Assembly: GCA_965660855.1 (NCBI GenBank)
Contig: CBFIBM010000001.1
Span: forward strand, 32,001 to 96,000
Length of the DNA stretch: 64,000 nt
From: an uncultured bacterium
GTDB lineage: Bacteria; Fidelibacterota; Marinisomatia; Marinisomatales; UBA1611
Direction: 5' to 3'
Of this stretch, positions 49,347 to 61,400 are shown piece after piece; positions within the stretch are counted from its first letter, which is position 1, and each line of letters opens with the position of its first letter. The notes below the pieces were generated by a model, which saw only the letters and a list, made by a program, of their open reading frames with translations, searched no databases and was not told the origin of the DNA. The position numbers were made by a program, and so were the translations under genes.

Positions 49347-50840
49347 ATGTCAGAAGATCAAAAAAGTCTTAAGCAAATCATAGATTTTAGAATTCAAAAA
49401 TTAAATAAATTAAAAGAATATGGAGTTAACCCATACCCCTCAAAGTTTAATTCAACAAATAATAGTTCAAATATTAAAAATAATTATGAAGCTCTTGAAA
49501 ATACAAATGTGAGTATTGCAGGTAGAATAATGGCAATTAGAAAAATGGGAAAGGCATCATTTGCTCAGATAATGGATTCAGATTCTAAAATTCAGATATT
49601 TGTTAAGAGGGATAATATTGGAGATGAATTTTATGATCATTTTAAACTTTTAGATATTGGGGATCATATTGGTGTAAATGGTAAAGTATTTAAAACAAAA
49701 ACAGGTGAAATATCAATTAATGTGATGCAAATTTCGATCCTTTCGAAGAGTATTAGACCATTACCAATTGTAAAAGAAAAAGATGGTCAACTATATGATG
49801 CCTTTATTGATAAAGAGCAACGTTATAGAAATAGACATTTAGATCTAATATTGAATCCATCTGTGAAAAAAACTTTTATTAAAAGATCAAAAATTCTTAA
49901 AGAAATTCGATTATATCTCGATCAAAAAGAATTCTTGGAAGTAGAGACTCCAATTTTGCAACCAATATATGGTGGAGCAAATGCTAAGCCTTTTACCACT
50001 CATCATAATTCATTAAATCAGAATTTATTTTTAAGAATTGCAGACGAACTGTACTTGAAAAGATTAATAATTGGTGGCTTTGATAAGGTATATGAGATGT
50101 CTAAAGATTTTAGAAATGAGGGAATGGATCGTAGCCATAATCCTGAATTTACAATGCTTGAATTTTATTGGGCTTATGCAGATTATAACGACTGTATGGA
50201 TTTAGTGGAAGATATGATTAGAGTTATTGCAGATAATATTGGTTCATTAATTATAAAATGGGATGGGAAAAAATTTGATTTGTCTGAACCATTTCAAAGA
50301 ATTCCTTTTTTTGAACTATTAGAAAATGAAATTGGACATGATTTGAAAAATAAGAATGAGAGTGAATTAAAAGAAGTTTGCATTGAGAAAGGCTTGGAGG
50401 TAAACCCGAATGCAAACATTGGGCAACTTTTAGATACATTAATGAGTGAATTTGTTGAACCTAAATTGATTAAGCCAACATTTGTTATTGATTACCCGAA
50501 GGCAATATCTCCTTTGGCAAAAATGCATCGTAACGGTGATGATAAAATTGTTGAAAGATTTGAATTGTTTATTGGTGGCTCTGAATTTGCAAATAGTTTC
50601 TCAGAATTAAATGATCCTGTAGACCAAAGGAATAGACTCGAAGAACAAGCAGAGAGAAAAATTAAAGGGGATGAAGAAGCTCACCCAATAGATGAAAACT
50701 TTTTACAGGCAATGGAATGTGGTATGCCTCCAACCGGTGGAGTGGGTATTGGAATTGATAGGCTTACTATGCTCTTAACTGGGAACCGCTGGATAAAAGA
50801 TGTTATTCTTTTCCCTGCTTTAAGGCCAGAGTCAGAATAA
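49347..50840 (+). CDS. lysS: Lysine--tRNA ligase (class II)
   Basis: LEVETP, GGANAKPF, FRNEG..RSHNPEF, GMPPTGG.GIGIDRL. Confidence 0.98.
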   Translation: MSEDQKSLKQIIDFRIQKLNKLKEYGVNPYPSKFNSTNNSSNIKNNYEALENTNVSIAGRIMAIRKMGKASFAQIMDSDSKIQIFVKRDNIGDEFYDHFKLLDIGDHIGVNGKVFKTKTGEISINVMQISILSKSIRPLPIVKEKDGQLYDAFIDKEQRYRNRHLDLILNPSVKKTFIKRSKILKEIRLYLDQKEFLEVETPILQPIYGGANAKPFTTHHNSLNQNLFLRIADELYLKRLIIGGFDKVYEMSKDFRNEGMDRSHNPEFTMLEFYWAYADYNDCMDLVEDMIRVIADNIGSLIIKWDGKKFDLSEPFQRIPFFELLENEIGHDLKNKNESELKEVCIEKGLEVNPNANIGQLLDTLMSEFVEPKLIKPTFVIDYPKAISPLAKMHRNGDDKIVERFELFIGGSEFANSFSELNDPVDQRNRLEEQAERKIKGDEEAHPIDENFLQAMECGMPPTGGVGIGIDRLTMLLTGNRWIKDVILFPALRPESE

Positions 50841-50847
50841 AAGTATT

Positions 50848-52005
50848 TTGCGAAAAACTTTTTTTTTTGCTTTCAGATTAGTTTTTTCAAAAGAAATAGG
50901 TAGCTTTTCTAGGTTTGCAAGTCTCCTTTCTATCGGTGGTCTTAGTATCGGAGTTACTGCTTTAATATTAACAGTGAGTATCATCCAAGGTTTTCAAGAT
51001 GTTATTTCTATTAAACTTTCCTCATTTGAGGGAACTGGAAGAATAAAGCATATTCTCTCAAAACCTATAAATTTAAATAGCAAAGAATTTGCACAATTCT
51101 CCTCAAAAATAGATTCGAAAACAATCACTCCTTATTTTAGAGATATCGCTTTGATAAGAAAAGGAAGAATAGCTGATGGAATCATTATTGAAGGTTCGTC
51201 TCTCATTCCAACATTTATAAAAAGTGATAGTTTAAATTTATTATTAAATAATGAAATTATTATTGGGAAAATATTAGCTAAGAATTTGAAGGTAAAAAAA
51301 GGGGACAAGGTTTTTGTACAATCGCTTAATATAAAAAATGAATCAATAATTAAGCCATTATCAATTAAAGGTGTCTTTTATTCAGGACTACAAGAATTTG
51401 ATAAATCAATGACCTATACAAATCTCTCTACTGCACAGGAAATTTTTGAAATGAATCAGAATCAGATTTCTGGATTAATTTTTAAAAATAAGATAGAGCA
51501 AGAATTAATACAAAATATTACCTATCCATTAATTTATGAAGATTGGAAAAGTAGGCATTCACTTTTATTTGAATGGATTAAATTACAAAGGTGGCCTGCT
51601 TATATAATGTTTGGATTGATAACGCTAGTGGGTTTAGTCAATCTGGTAGCATCATTAAATATGATTATCCAAGAAAAAAAAGCTCAAATTGCAATTCTAT
51701 TTTCACAGGGAATAAATATAAATGATTTAAAGTTTATATTCATGCTTCAAGGTGGTATTATTGGTCTATTTGGAGCAGTGATCGGAGGTTTTTTTTCTGT
51801 CTTTTTAATAATATTAGAAAAAAAAATAAATATTTTTAAAATACCTTCCGATGTTTATTTTATGGACAGAGTTCCGCTTTCATTTGATATGGCTACTTTT
51901 TTATCTATAGTAATAATAATTTTTTTTATATCTCTACTTTTCTCATTAATTCCATTGAAGTATATAAAAAAAATAAATGTAGCTAAAACTTTAAAATACG
52001 AATGA
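50848..52005 (+). CDS. Lipoprotein-releasing ABC permease (LolC/E family; TTG start)
   Basis: MacB/FtsX-type topology, SI.QGF, YFMDRVP; precedes lolD. Confidence 0.85.
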   Translation: MRKTFFFAFRLVFSKEIGSFSRFASLLSIGGLSIGVTALILTVSIIQGFQDVISIKLSSFEGTGRIKHILSKPINLNSKEFAQFSSKIDSKTITPYFRDIALIRKGRIADGIIIEGSSLIPTFIKSDSLNLLLNNEIIIGKILAKNLKVKKGDKVFVQSLNIKNESIIKPLSIKGVFYSGLQEFDKSMTYTNLSTAQEIFEMNQNQISGLIFKNKIEQELIQNITYPLIYEDWKSRHSLLFEWIKLQRWPAYIMFGLITLVGLVNLVASLNMIIQEKKAQIAILFSQGININDLKFIFMLQGGIIGLFGAVIGGFFSVFLIILEKKINIFKIPSDVYFMDRVPLSFDMATFLSIVIIIFFISLLFSLIPLKYIKKINVAKTLKYE

Positions 52006-53168
52006 ACTGGGAAAAAGTAATATCTGAAAGATTTCACATTAATACAGGAAATCAAAATAAGTACTCAAATATTTTATCATTATTTGGAATGAGTTTAGGT
52101 TGCTTTGCAATGGTGATTTCACTTTCCGTAATGAATGGTTTTGAAGTTTCGGTTCATAAAAAATTAATTGATTTTGATGGAGATTATCGTATCTATGGAT
52201 TAAATGATTTATCCCAAATAAGTCAGATAAAAGATGTAAAGTATGTAATGCCTTTTATGGAGAGAAGAGGTGTTGCTGAAACCAACTCCAGTAGAAAAGT
52301 TGTTACATTAAAAGCAGTTAATGAAAGTTTATTTGAGCAATTTTACAACCTAAATATTAATGGCTCAAAAATAAAAAAAAATAACGTTGTTATCGGAAAT
52401 GATTTAGCGATTAGACTCGGGAAAAATATTGGAGATAAGTTGATCCTTTATAGCCCTATAGATCAAAGTTTTGGTTTAGGACTTCCGCACAAAGAAGAAT
52501 TTATAATCAGTGGTCTTTTTTCTACAAAGATTCTTGACTATGATGACCGCTTTATTTTTATGTCTTTGGTAGATGGAGAGAATCTTTTTAAAAGGAAAAA
52601 AAATATTGATGGTGTTGATATAAGAATAAACAAGAACAGTTATTTAGATTCTTTTAAAGATGATATAAAAAAAGGTTTTCTTGAAGATATTGAAATATTT
52701 TCATGGAAAGATTTAAACAGATCATTGGTAGATGCCATGAAAATAGAGCGAATTGCAACGATATTAATATTAAGTTTAATATTTGTGGTTTCAGGGTTTC
52801 ATTTAGCATCATATTTAACACTAGTTTCATATCAAAAAATTAAAGAATTAGGCATTTTGAAAGTTGTTGGTGTATCGAATCAGTCAATTATTAAAATAGT
52901 AATAGGGTATGGATTAAAAAAATCTATAAAAGGCGCATTCTATGGAATAATTTTTGGACTACTAATTATTGTAATTCAAAATAATTTTTCAATAATTAAA
53001 ATTCCATCTCAAATTTATTTTATTCAAGCACTTCCAATGATTATTTCATTAAATGATGTTTTAGTAATTACAATGTTATCGTTTACATTTATATTTTCAG
53101 CCTCTTTTTTGACAGGAGTCAAAATTTCAAGAATAAATATTATTAAGGCATTAAAATGGAACAAATAA
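52002..53168 (+). CDS. Lipoprotein-releasing ABC permease (LolC/E family)
   Basis: LSVMNGF, SWKDLN, KELGILK, YFIQALP. Confidence 0.87.
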   Translation: MNWEKVISERFHINTGNQNKYSNILSLFGMSLGCFAMVISLSVMNGFEVSVHKKLIDFDGDYRIYGLNDLSQISQIKDVKYVMPFMERRGVAETNSSRKVVTLKAVNESLFEQFYNLNINGSKIKKNNVVIGNDLAIRLGKNIGDKLILYSPIDQSFGLGLPHKEEFIISGLFSTKILDYDDRFIFMSLVDGENLFKRKKNIDGVDIRINKNSYLDSFKDDIKKGFLEDIEIFSWKDLNRSLVDAMKIERIATILILSLIFVVSGFHLASYLTLVSYQKIKELGILKVVGVSNQSIIKIVIGYGLKKSIKGAFYGIIFGLLIIVIQNNFSIIKIPSQIYFIQALPMIISLNDVLVITMLSFTFIFSASFLTGVKISRINIIKALKWNK

Positions 53169-53824
53169 TTTTAAAAGCAGAAAATATATATAAATCATTT
53201 TTTAATGGCGATGAAAAATTAAATGTTTTAAAGGGCTTTAATTTTTATTTAAAGGAAAAAGAGATTATCTCAATAATGGGAGATTCAGGTTGCGGTAAGT
53301 CTACAGCATTAAATATACTTGGTACTTTAGATAAACCAGACTCGGGTGATTTAATTTTTAAAGGCGAAAAAATTGATGATTTTAATAATCAAGAATTATC
53401 TAAAATTAGAAATGAAGAAATTGGATTTGTTTTTCAATTTCATTTTCTTTTACCTGAATTCACTGCTTTGGAGAATGTTTTAATACCAACATGGATTAAG
53501 GGTGTCAAAAATAAAGAGAATTATGCAGAAGATTTATTTTTTGATTTAGGTTTGATTAATAAAATTAACTCATATCCTAGTCAATTAAGTGGAGGTGAAA
53601 GATCAAGGGTTGCTTTGATTAGAGGTATTATTAATAAACCTAAAATACTTTTTGCAGATGAGCCCACGGGTAATCTTGATAAAGAAAATTCAGATAAACT
53701 TATTGAACTTTTAATAAAAATTAATAAAAATTACAGTCACTCAATTGTGCTCACAACGCATAATCCAGAGGTCGCTGATGTTGGTGATAAAAAATTTAAA
53801 TTAGAAAATGGCATACTAAAATAG
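53156..53824 (+). CDS. lolD: Lipoprotein-releasing ABC ATPase
   Basis: GDSGCGKS, GFVFQFHFLLPEF, LSGGE, ADEPTGNLD. Confidence 0.93.
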   Translation: MEQIILKAENIYKSFFNGDEKLNVLKGFNFYLKEKEIISIMGDSGCGKSTALNILGTLDKPDSGDLIFKGEKIDDFNNQELSKIRNEEIGFVFQFHFLLPEFTALENVLIPTWIKGVKNKENYAEDLFFDLGLINKINSYPSQLSGGERSRVALIRGIINKPKILFADEPTGNLDKENSDKLIELLIKINKNYSHSIVLTTHNPEVADVGDKKFKLENGILK

Positions 53825-53827
53825 ATT

Positions 53828-56296
53828 ATGAAAGAAAACTTTTCAAAAAGAATACAAGCAATAATAAAGATTTCAAAAGAAGAAGCTATTAGATTAGGAC
53901 ATAGTTATGTTGGCTCAGAGCATTTGTTACTTGGTCTTATTAAATGCGGAACAGGCCTATCTCAAAAAATATTTGAAATATATGATTTAGACTCAAAAAA
54001 GATTATATCTAGCATTGAAGACCTAATCAAAACATCTGGTGGCTCAATGACTTTAGGCCATCTTCCTTTAACTAGGAGAGCCGAAAGAATTTTAAGAAAT
54101 TCTTTTAAAGAATCGATGAAGTTAGATGCCTCTTATGCGGATGATGAGCATTTATTATTAGCAATTTTATCAGAATCAGATGGTATTGCCATTGAAATAT
54201 TAAGATCGCTATCATTTGATTATGACACGGTAAAAGATTTAGTATGTACAAACAATAGTAATTTAATTGATCGTGATGATAGTGAAGCTCAAGTAGATCA
54301 AAGGTTAGGTAGTTCAAAAACTCCAACTTTAAACCATTTTTCTAGAGATTTGACCCTATTGGCAACTAAGGGTAAACTTGATCCAGTCTTAGGTCGAGAA
54401 ATTGAGATTGAGAGATTAGTTCAAATTCTTTCAAGAAGAAAAAAGAATAATCCAGTACTAATTGGCGAACCAGGAGTTGGGAAGACATCAATAATTGAAG
54501 GTTTAGCTCAAAGAATTATTCACAAAACATTACCCAGAGTACTTCATAATCAAAGAATTTTATCTTTAGACATCGCTTCCATAGTTGCTGGAACCAAATA
54601 CAGAGGGCAATTTGAGGAGAGACTCAAAAGCTTAATGCGTGAGATTGAAAATAGTAAAAATATCATTATTTTTATTGATGAATTACATACAATTGTTGGA
54701 GCAGGAGGAGCCGGAGGCTCTTTAGATGCATCAAATATGTTCAAGCCATCTTTAGCAAGAGGTGATATAAATTGTATAGGTGCAACTACTTTAGATGAAT
54801 ATAAGAAAGTTATTGAGAAAGATGGTGCACTTGATCGTAGATTTCAAAAAATTATTATTAACCCACCAACCCTAAAAGAATCCATTGATATCCTAGATGG
54901 CCTTAAATCTAAGTATGAGGAATATCATTTTGTTAAATACACCAAGGAAGCAATTAGTGCATGTGTTTATCTTTCAGATAGATATATTTCGGATATGTTT
55001 TTACCTGATAAAGCAATTGATGTTCTTGATGAGTCAGGTGCTAGGGCACATATGTACAATCATAAAGTCCCTAAAGGTATTATTGCAATTGAAAATAAAT
55101 TAACCAATATAAGAGAGCAGAAAGAAATCAAAGTAAATAACCAGCAATTTGAAGAGGCTGCCATTTTAAGGGATAATGAAAAAAAAATATTAACTAAATT
55201 AAAAAAAGCTCAAAAAAAATGGAATGAAGATGAAAAAAGAGTTATCACTGAAATAACTGCAGATGACGTTGCAGATGTGGTCTCTTCCATAACAGGAATA
55301 CCTTTATCAAAAATATCTGAATCAGAAAATAATAACTTGATTAATTTAGAAGCAGATTTAGGAAAATACATAATTGGGCAAGGTAAAGCAATATTTACTC
55401 TTTCTAAAGCAATCAGAAGATCAAGAGTTGGCTTGAGTAACCCTAATAAACCTAATGGGGTATTCCTCTTCTTAGGGCCCACAGGCGTAGGTAAAACAGA
55501 GTTGGCTAAATCTCTTGCAAAACATTTATTTCCTCATAAGCACTCACTTGTGAAAATTGATATGTCAGAATATAAAGAGCAATTCTCTCTATCAAGGTTA
55601 ATTGGTGCTCCTCCAGGGTATGTTGGGTATGAAGAAGGTGGAGAGCTCACTGAAAAAGTAAGAAAAAGTCCTCATTCATTAATATTGCTAGATGAAATTG
55701 AAAAAGGACATGAGTCAATATATAACATATTGCTTCAAGTTTTCGATGAGGGTATCCTAACGGATGGACTTGGAAGGAAGATAGATTTTAAAAATACAAT
55801 TATCATTATGACCTCAAATATAGGTACTAGATATCTAGAAAATAATGAATATGGCTTTGGAGATGATATCGATTTAAATAAAAAAAATAAGATTAGACAA
55901 ACAATTAAAAAAGAAGTTATGGAGATATTTTCGCCAGAATTGCTCAATAGGATAGACGAATCAATAATTTTTGATTCATTAAACCAAGATGATGTTTTTA
56001 AAATTATTGACATTCAATTACAGGATCTAGTACTTAACTTAGAAAAACACGGAATAAAGATTAAAATCTACAAAACAGCAAAGAAGTTTTTGGCTACAAA
56101 AGGATATAATACTAAATATGGTGTTCGCTCATTGAAAAGAAAAATTCAACAATATTTGGAAGATCCAATCTCTGACATGTTTTTAAAAAAAATAATTAAT
56201 AGTGGTACTACTATTTCTGTAAAATATCAAAAAAATAAAATACAAATTGATACTGTTTTACCAAAAATCAATGAAAATGTAAAAACCTCAAATTAG
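53828..56296 (+). CDS. clpC: ATP-dependent Clp protease ATP-binding subunit ClpC
   Basis: Clp_N repeats, GEPGVGKT, UVR coiled coil (FEEAAILRD), GPTGVGKT, YGF ClpP-binding-type loop. Confidence 0.95.
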   Translation: MKENFSKRIQAIIKISKEEAIRLGHSYVGSEHLLLGLIKCGTGLSQKIFEIYDLDSKKIISSIEDLIKTSGGSMTLGHLPLTRRAERILRNSFKESMKLDASYADDEHLLLAILSESDGIAIEILRSLSFDYDTVKDLVCTNNSNLIDRDDSEAQVDQRLGSSKTPTLNHFSRDLTLLATKGKLDPVLGREIEIERLVQILSRRKKNNPVLIGEPGVGKTSIIEGLAQRIIHKTLPRVLHNQRILSLDIASIVAGTKYRGQFEERLKSLMREIENSKNIIIFIDELHTIVGAGGAGGSLDASNMFKPSLARGDINCIGATTLDEYKKVIEKDGALDRRFQKIIINPPTLKESIDILDGLKSKYEEYHFVKYTKEAISACVYLSDRYISDMFLPDKAIDVLDESGARAHMYNHKVPKGIIAIENKLTNIREQKEIKVNNQQFEEAAILRDNEKKILTKLKKAQKKWNEDEKRVITEITADDVADVVSSITGIPLSKISESENNNLINLEADLGKYIIGQGKAIFTLSKAIRRSRVGLSNPNKPNGVFLFLGPTGVGKTELAKSLAKHLFPHKHSLVKIDMSEYKEQFSLSRLIGAPPGYVGYEEGGELTEKVRKSPHSLILLDEIEKGHESIYNILLQVFDEGILTDGLGRKIDFKNTIIIMTSNIGTRYLENNEYGFGDDIDLNKKNKIRQTIKKEVMEIFSPELLNRIDESIIFDSLNQDDVFKIIDIQLQDLVLNLEKHGIKIKIYKTAKKFLATKGYNTKYGVRSLKRKIQQYLEDPISDMFLKKIINSGTTISVKYQKNKIQIDTVLPKINENVKTSN

Positions 56297-56301
56297 GAGT
56301 A

Positions 56302-56371
56302 TGACAAAAAGTCTTTTAAACTTACTAAGTATGACTCAATGGCTTTTCCAATAATTTGGTATACTACTTGT
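56302..56371 (+). promoter_or_regulatory. Putative sigma54-like promoter with two upstream TGAC-N5-G(T/G)C sites for dnaK
   Basis: TGAC-AAAAA-GTCT (56302-56314), TGAC-TCAAT-GGCT (56332-56344), TGGTAT-ACTAC-TTGT (56357-56371). Confidence 0.5.
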
Positions 56372-56411
56372 TTAATTGTGTTATAAATATTTTTGTAGTA
56401 AAGGAGTACTA

Positions 56412-58319
56412 ATGAGTAAAATTATTGGAATTGATTTGGGAACAACTAATTCTTGTGTGGCTGTTTTGGAAGGTGGTGAGCCAACTGTAATTACTAGCCC
56501 TGAAGGTGGTAGAACTACCCCATCAATCGTCGGCTTTGCAAAAGAAGGTGAAAGATTAGTTGGGCAAGCAGCAAAACGACAGGCAGTTACGAATCCTGAA
56601 AATACCGTATTTTCGATAAAAAGATTTATGGGAAGAATGCAACATGAGGTTAGCAATGAAATTAATGAAGTCCCTTATTCAGTTATTAAAAATTCAAGTG
56701 GTGCATGCGTTGTAAATGCTGGTGGAAAAGAATATACTCCTCCTGAAGTTTCTGCAATGGTACTTCAAAAATTAAAGCAGCAAGCTGAAGAGTACCTAGG
56801 TACTAAAGTTACAGATGCGGTAATCACGGTACCCGCATATTTTAATGATTCTCAAAGGCAAGCTACTAAAGATGCGGGAAAGATTGCTGGATTAAATGTT
56901 AGAAGAATAATTAACGAGCCAACTGCAGCTTCCCTAGCTTATGGACTGGATAAAAAGAAAGATGAAAAAATAGCTGTTTTTGACTTAGGAGGTGGTACTT
57001 TCGATGTCTCAATTCTTGAATTAGGTGATGGCGTCTTTGAAGTTAAATCTTCAAATGGGGATGGACACCTTGGTGGAGATGATTTTGACCAAAAACTAAT
57101 TGATTGGATAGCCGATGAGTTTAATAAAACCGATGGAATTGACCTAAGAAAAGATCCCATGGCCCTACAGAGGCTAAAAGAAGCGGCAGAAACTGCCAAA
57201 AAAGAACTATCTTCTTCAAAAAAAACAGATATTAATTTACCTTTTGTTACTGCTGATGCATCAGGTCCTAAGCACCTTAACATGTCATTATCCCAAGCTA
57301 AATTTGAAGATTTAGTTAGTGATTTAGTCGAAAGAACTATTCAGCCATGTGTTCAAGCAATAAAAGATGCTGGTATGTCGACCTCTGAAATAGACGAAGT
57401 TATACTGGTAGGTGGTTCTACTAGAATCCCTAAAATTCAAGAAAAGGTGAAAGAGATTTTTGGAAAAGAACCAAACAAAAGTGTAAACCCTGATGAAGTT
57501 GTAGCATTAGGAGCTGCTATTCAAGGTGGTGTCTTGTCTGGAGATGTTGATGATATTTTACTATTAGATGTCACGCCCTTATCTTTAGGAATAGAAACTC
57601 TTGGAGGCGTTTCAACGCCTCTAATTGAACGCAATACAACAATACCGACAAAAAAATCACAGGTTTTTAGTACAGCTGCAGATAATCAGACAACCGTTGA
57701 AATCCATGTTCTACAGGGAGAAAGAGAAATGGCCAATGATAATAAAACTATTGGCAGATTTAATCTTGCAGATATACCTTCTGCACCAAGAGGAACACCG
57801 CAGATTGAAGTAACTTTTGATATAGATGCTAATGGAATTCTAAATGTAAATGCAAAAGATAAAACAACAGGAAAAGAACAAAGTATTAGAATTGAGGCTT
57901 CTAGCGGTTTATCAGATTCTGAAATTGAAAAAATGGTTAACGATGCAAAAAAACATGAGTCTGAAGATAAACTCAAAAGAGAGAAGATTGATTTAATTAA
58001 TCAAGCAGAACTAGTTATTTACGAAACTGAAAAAAATATTTCGGAAAATGGAGACAAGTTAGATGAGACTGAAAAAAATAATTTATCAGAAAAATTAAAT
58101 GCTACCAAAAAAGCTAAAGACTCTGGGAATATCGAAGATTTAAAATCCACGATGAATGAATTAAATACTCTTTACAGTACATTAGCACCTAAGATGACAT
58201 CTTCAACTAATTCTGAAGGTCCTGATAATACTAGTAAGTCATCTGCCGAAAGCCAGAATAAATCAAAATCTAGTAAGAAGGATGAGGTTGAAGATGCTGA
58301 TTTTGAAGTTGTAGAATAG
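56412..58319 (+). CDS. dnaK: Chaperone DnaK (start MSKIIG after AAGGAG)
   Basis: [33 protein letters not shown]-terminal DADFEVVE. Confidence 0.99.
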   Translation: MSKIIGIDLGTTNSCVAVLEGGEPTVITSPEGGRTTPSIVGFAKEGERLVGQAAKRQAVTNPENTVFSIKRFMGRMQHEVSNEINEVPYSVIKNSSGACVVNAGGKEYTPPEVSAMVLQKLKQQAEEYLGTKVTDAVITVPAYFNDSQRQATKDAGKIAGLNVRRIINEPTAASLAYGLDKKKDEKIAVFDLGGGTFDVSILELGDGVFEVKSSNGDGHLGGDDFDQKLIDWIADEFNKTDGIDLRKDPMALQRLKEAAETAKKELSSSKKTDINLPFVTADASGPKHLNMSLSQAKFEDLVSDLVERTIQPCVQAIKDAGMSTSEIDEVILVGGSTRIPKIQEKVKEIFGKEPNKSVNPDEVVALGAAIQGGVLSGDVDDILLLDVTPLSLGIETLGGVSTPLIERNTTIPTKKSQVFSTAADNQTTVEIHVLQGEREMANDNKTIGRFNLADIPSAPRGTPQIEVTFDIDANGILNVNAKDKTTGKEQSIRIEASSGLSDSEIEKMVNDAKKHESEDKLKREKIDLINQAELVIYETEKNISENGDKLDETEKNNLSEKLNATKKAKDSGNIEDLKSTMNELNTLYSTLAPKMTSSTNSEGPDNTSKSSAESQNKSKSSKKDEVEDADFEVVE

Positions 58320-58323
58320 TACA

Positions 58324-58365
58324 TTTTTTAAAAAAGGGATGGTGAAATAATACCTTTTTAAAAAA
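58324..58365 (+). terminator. Possible weak terminator hairpin after dnaK
   Basis: AAAAAGG...CCTTTTT inverted repeat flanked by T/A tracts; imperfect inner stem. Confidence 0.3.
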
Positions 58366-58411
58366 CCAAAGAGACTTTCTTAATATCAATTGCTTATGTA
58401 AGCTTTATATA

Positions 58412-61400
58412 ATGATTTTAAGAAAATTTAAATACTATGCTCTGGGAATAATAGCATCAATATTTATCCTAGTTGGATATTTTTCCCGTACTGAATTACA
58501 TAAGAACTTAATAACTAGAGTCTTAAATCAAAAATTAGAACCCATAGGACTGCATCTTACATACGAGAATGCTTCTGGGTTTATATTTTCTACTTTATAT
58601 TTTGAGAATATCTCTATTGTGAATAAAAAAAACAATGCTATTTTAATTGAAGAAATTGCATTTAATATAAATTATTTTTCTACATTTTTTGATTTACTGA
58701 CTTTTGATTTAGTAGTGATTGAAGGTTTACAAGGGGAGATATTTAATCCTGAAAGTAATAATACAAAAGAATATACTGATTTTTTTTTTTTAGAGATTCC
58801 TGTTAATATTAAATCTCTCTTCATTGATGGAAGATTTAATCATACGTTCAATAAAAAATTAAATGAAATGAAATTTTTCGTTAGTGGGTCGTTTAATTCG
58901 GATAAAGAAAAAAAGTTAGATTGTGATATTTTAAAAGTAAAAATAAATGAAGATAATAATTTATCATGTGATTTAAAAAATATCATTATTCAAAGTGATT
59001 CAGAAAAAATCTTTTTTAGAAATATAAAAGGGGAGTTTCTTACTTTACCAGTTAAAGGACAAATAAATTATGACACAAAAAAATCTAGATTAAATGGTGA
59101 ATTAGAATTAGTTGAATTTAGTTTTCCAGAAGATTTTTTTCAAAAAACTCCATTAAAAGATAAATTTTCAAATTTTAGAGGAAGTTTATCATTTGAATCA
59201 AATTTTAAAAATTTTACAGGAAAAATAAAAATTGAAAATAATCTTGACCTAAATGCAATAGGCGAGTTCCATATTTTAAAAGAAGAAGATATATGGTTTT
59301 TGAAAAAATTAAAATTGAATGGTGAGAATTCTGAATTAACGATAAATGGTTTATTAGAAAATAGAGAAAGAATCAATAGTTATATAAATTTGAAAAATTT
59401 AGATTTGAGCAGGTGGATGAATGATCAAAAAGAGACAAACCTTTCTGGACTATTAATATTAGATGCTTCTTTGGCAAACTACAAAACCTTAGACCAAATT
59501 GATTTAACTCTAGAAATATTAGAGGAAAAACTTTTTAATGAAGGCGAAATTTCAATTAATGGACAAATAAGCTACAAAGATAGTTTAATTAATACGGCTG
59601 ACCCAGTTTTAATCTTTGTTGGAGATAGTTATCTTACGATAGACGGAGAAGGAAACCTTAAGAATAATCATGTTAATTTATCAATTGAACTTGAAAAAGC
59701 TGATATTGATCTTATAAACAACTTTATGCCTGGCGATTTCATTTCAGGTGTTGCTACTGGTAAAATGAATGTTAACGGGAACATAAATAACCCTATAGTT
59801 AACTCAGAATTATTATGTGAAAATGTCAAGGTAGACGATTTTTTATTACAAACATTAAACTTAAGTTCAAAAATAGAATGGGATAATAATTTACCATTCG
59901 GTTTTTTAGATATAAAAGCAGGTATTGGTACATGGAGGACCTTCTCTTTTGAAAATGGTACCTTTGAAGCAGCATTTAATAAAAAAGAAATGATTATAGA
60001 GAATTGCCATTTTAAGTCTGGTGGTGATTTTTTTCAAACATCTGGAAGTGTGCAAAATTTTAGAAATTATAATATTGATAGACTGCAAATTGCTTACCAA
60101 GATAACTATCTTGTGAATTCAAAAGAACTTTCGTTCTCTCTTAGTGATTCGACGTTCAGGTTTAAACCATTTGAACTACATATTAATGATGGAACATTGG
60201 AAGGTATATTAGAAAAAGATATTATCACAGAGGGGCATTTTAAAATGTCAAATTTTAATGCAAAAATTTTTACACAATTTATAAATGACAAACGTTTACA
60301 GGTCTCTGGACTAATTTTTGGTGAAATTTATGTAAAATCAAGTTTGGGATCAGATAATTTAGATTTTGATATTTCATTGAAAAACGGATTTTATATGGAC
60401 CAAGAATTTGATGAAATGATTATTTCTTGTTTATTTAGAAATGGAGTTATCCATATAGATGATATTTCAATGACTAAAAAAGGGAAGTCAGGTTTTAATA
60501 TAACAGGTATATATCCTTATGATGTTAAAAAAAGTAGAATGCCTTCTATATCACTCTCATCCAATTTTTCAAATTTCCCCTTATCAATTATTAATCAATA
60601 TTTTCCTAAATTTTTTGATATAAATGGTGATGCAACTGGAACAATTACTATTAGTGGAAACCCAAAAAAAAGTAATTATTCTTATCAAATTGAAGTAGAA
60701 AATATGATTTTTGATTTAGTAGAATTAGGAAAAGTCTATTTAGAAGGATCTTATAAAGATAATAGTCTTTTCATCGAAAAGCTTTTTTCAAAATCCATAA
60801 ATGGTGAAATTATTGTAAGTGGTTATATTCCATATAATTTAAATATTGGTTCAAGTAATTTAGGTAAATATTTCTCTGACGATACATTTGATTTATCAAT
60901 TCATTCAAAGTTAAATAATTTATATTTATTAACCCCTTATATAACTGATCTTGATTCAATTATTGGTGATTTTGATGTAATACTAGAATTAACTGGAAAG
61001 CCCGACGAAATCAAACGCAATGGTAAAATAAATTTAATTAATGGTCAATTATATACTATTCAACTTGGTGATGATATAAATAGAATAAATGGTGAGGCAA
61101 TAGTTAGAGACAATATTTTAAGTATTACTTCCTTAAAAGCCAATATTTTTCATCAAAATTCAAAATATTTAAATAAAGCAAATACAAATACCAAAATAAG
61201 TGGTGAGATAGACATAAGCCAGTTCTTTAAACCTGATTATAATTTAAGAATTGAAGCTATTGAGGCTTCTTATCGGCTATTATTTATCGATATAACTGGC
61301 CAAGCTAATCTAAATCTAGAAATTTCTGGAAGAGATACAATTGAAATATCTGGTGTGATTGAATCTTTAGATGCCAACGTATTTTATGAATTTAATCAGG

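Noticed and set aside
56297..56411. CIRCE, CtsR or sigma32 elements before dnaK; also the longer 56376 start
   Set aside because: No matching consensus seen. The ATG at 56412 has an AAGGAG SD and gives the canonical [11 protein letters not shown]-terminus.
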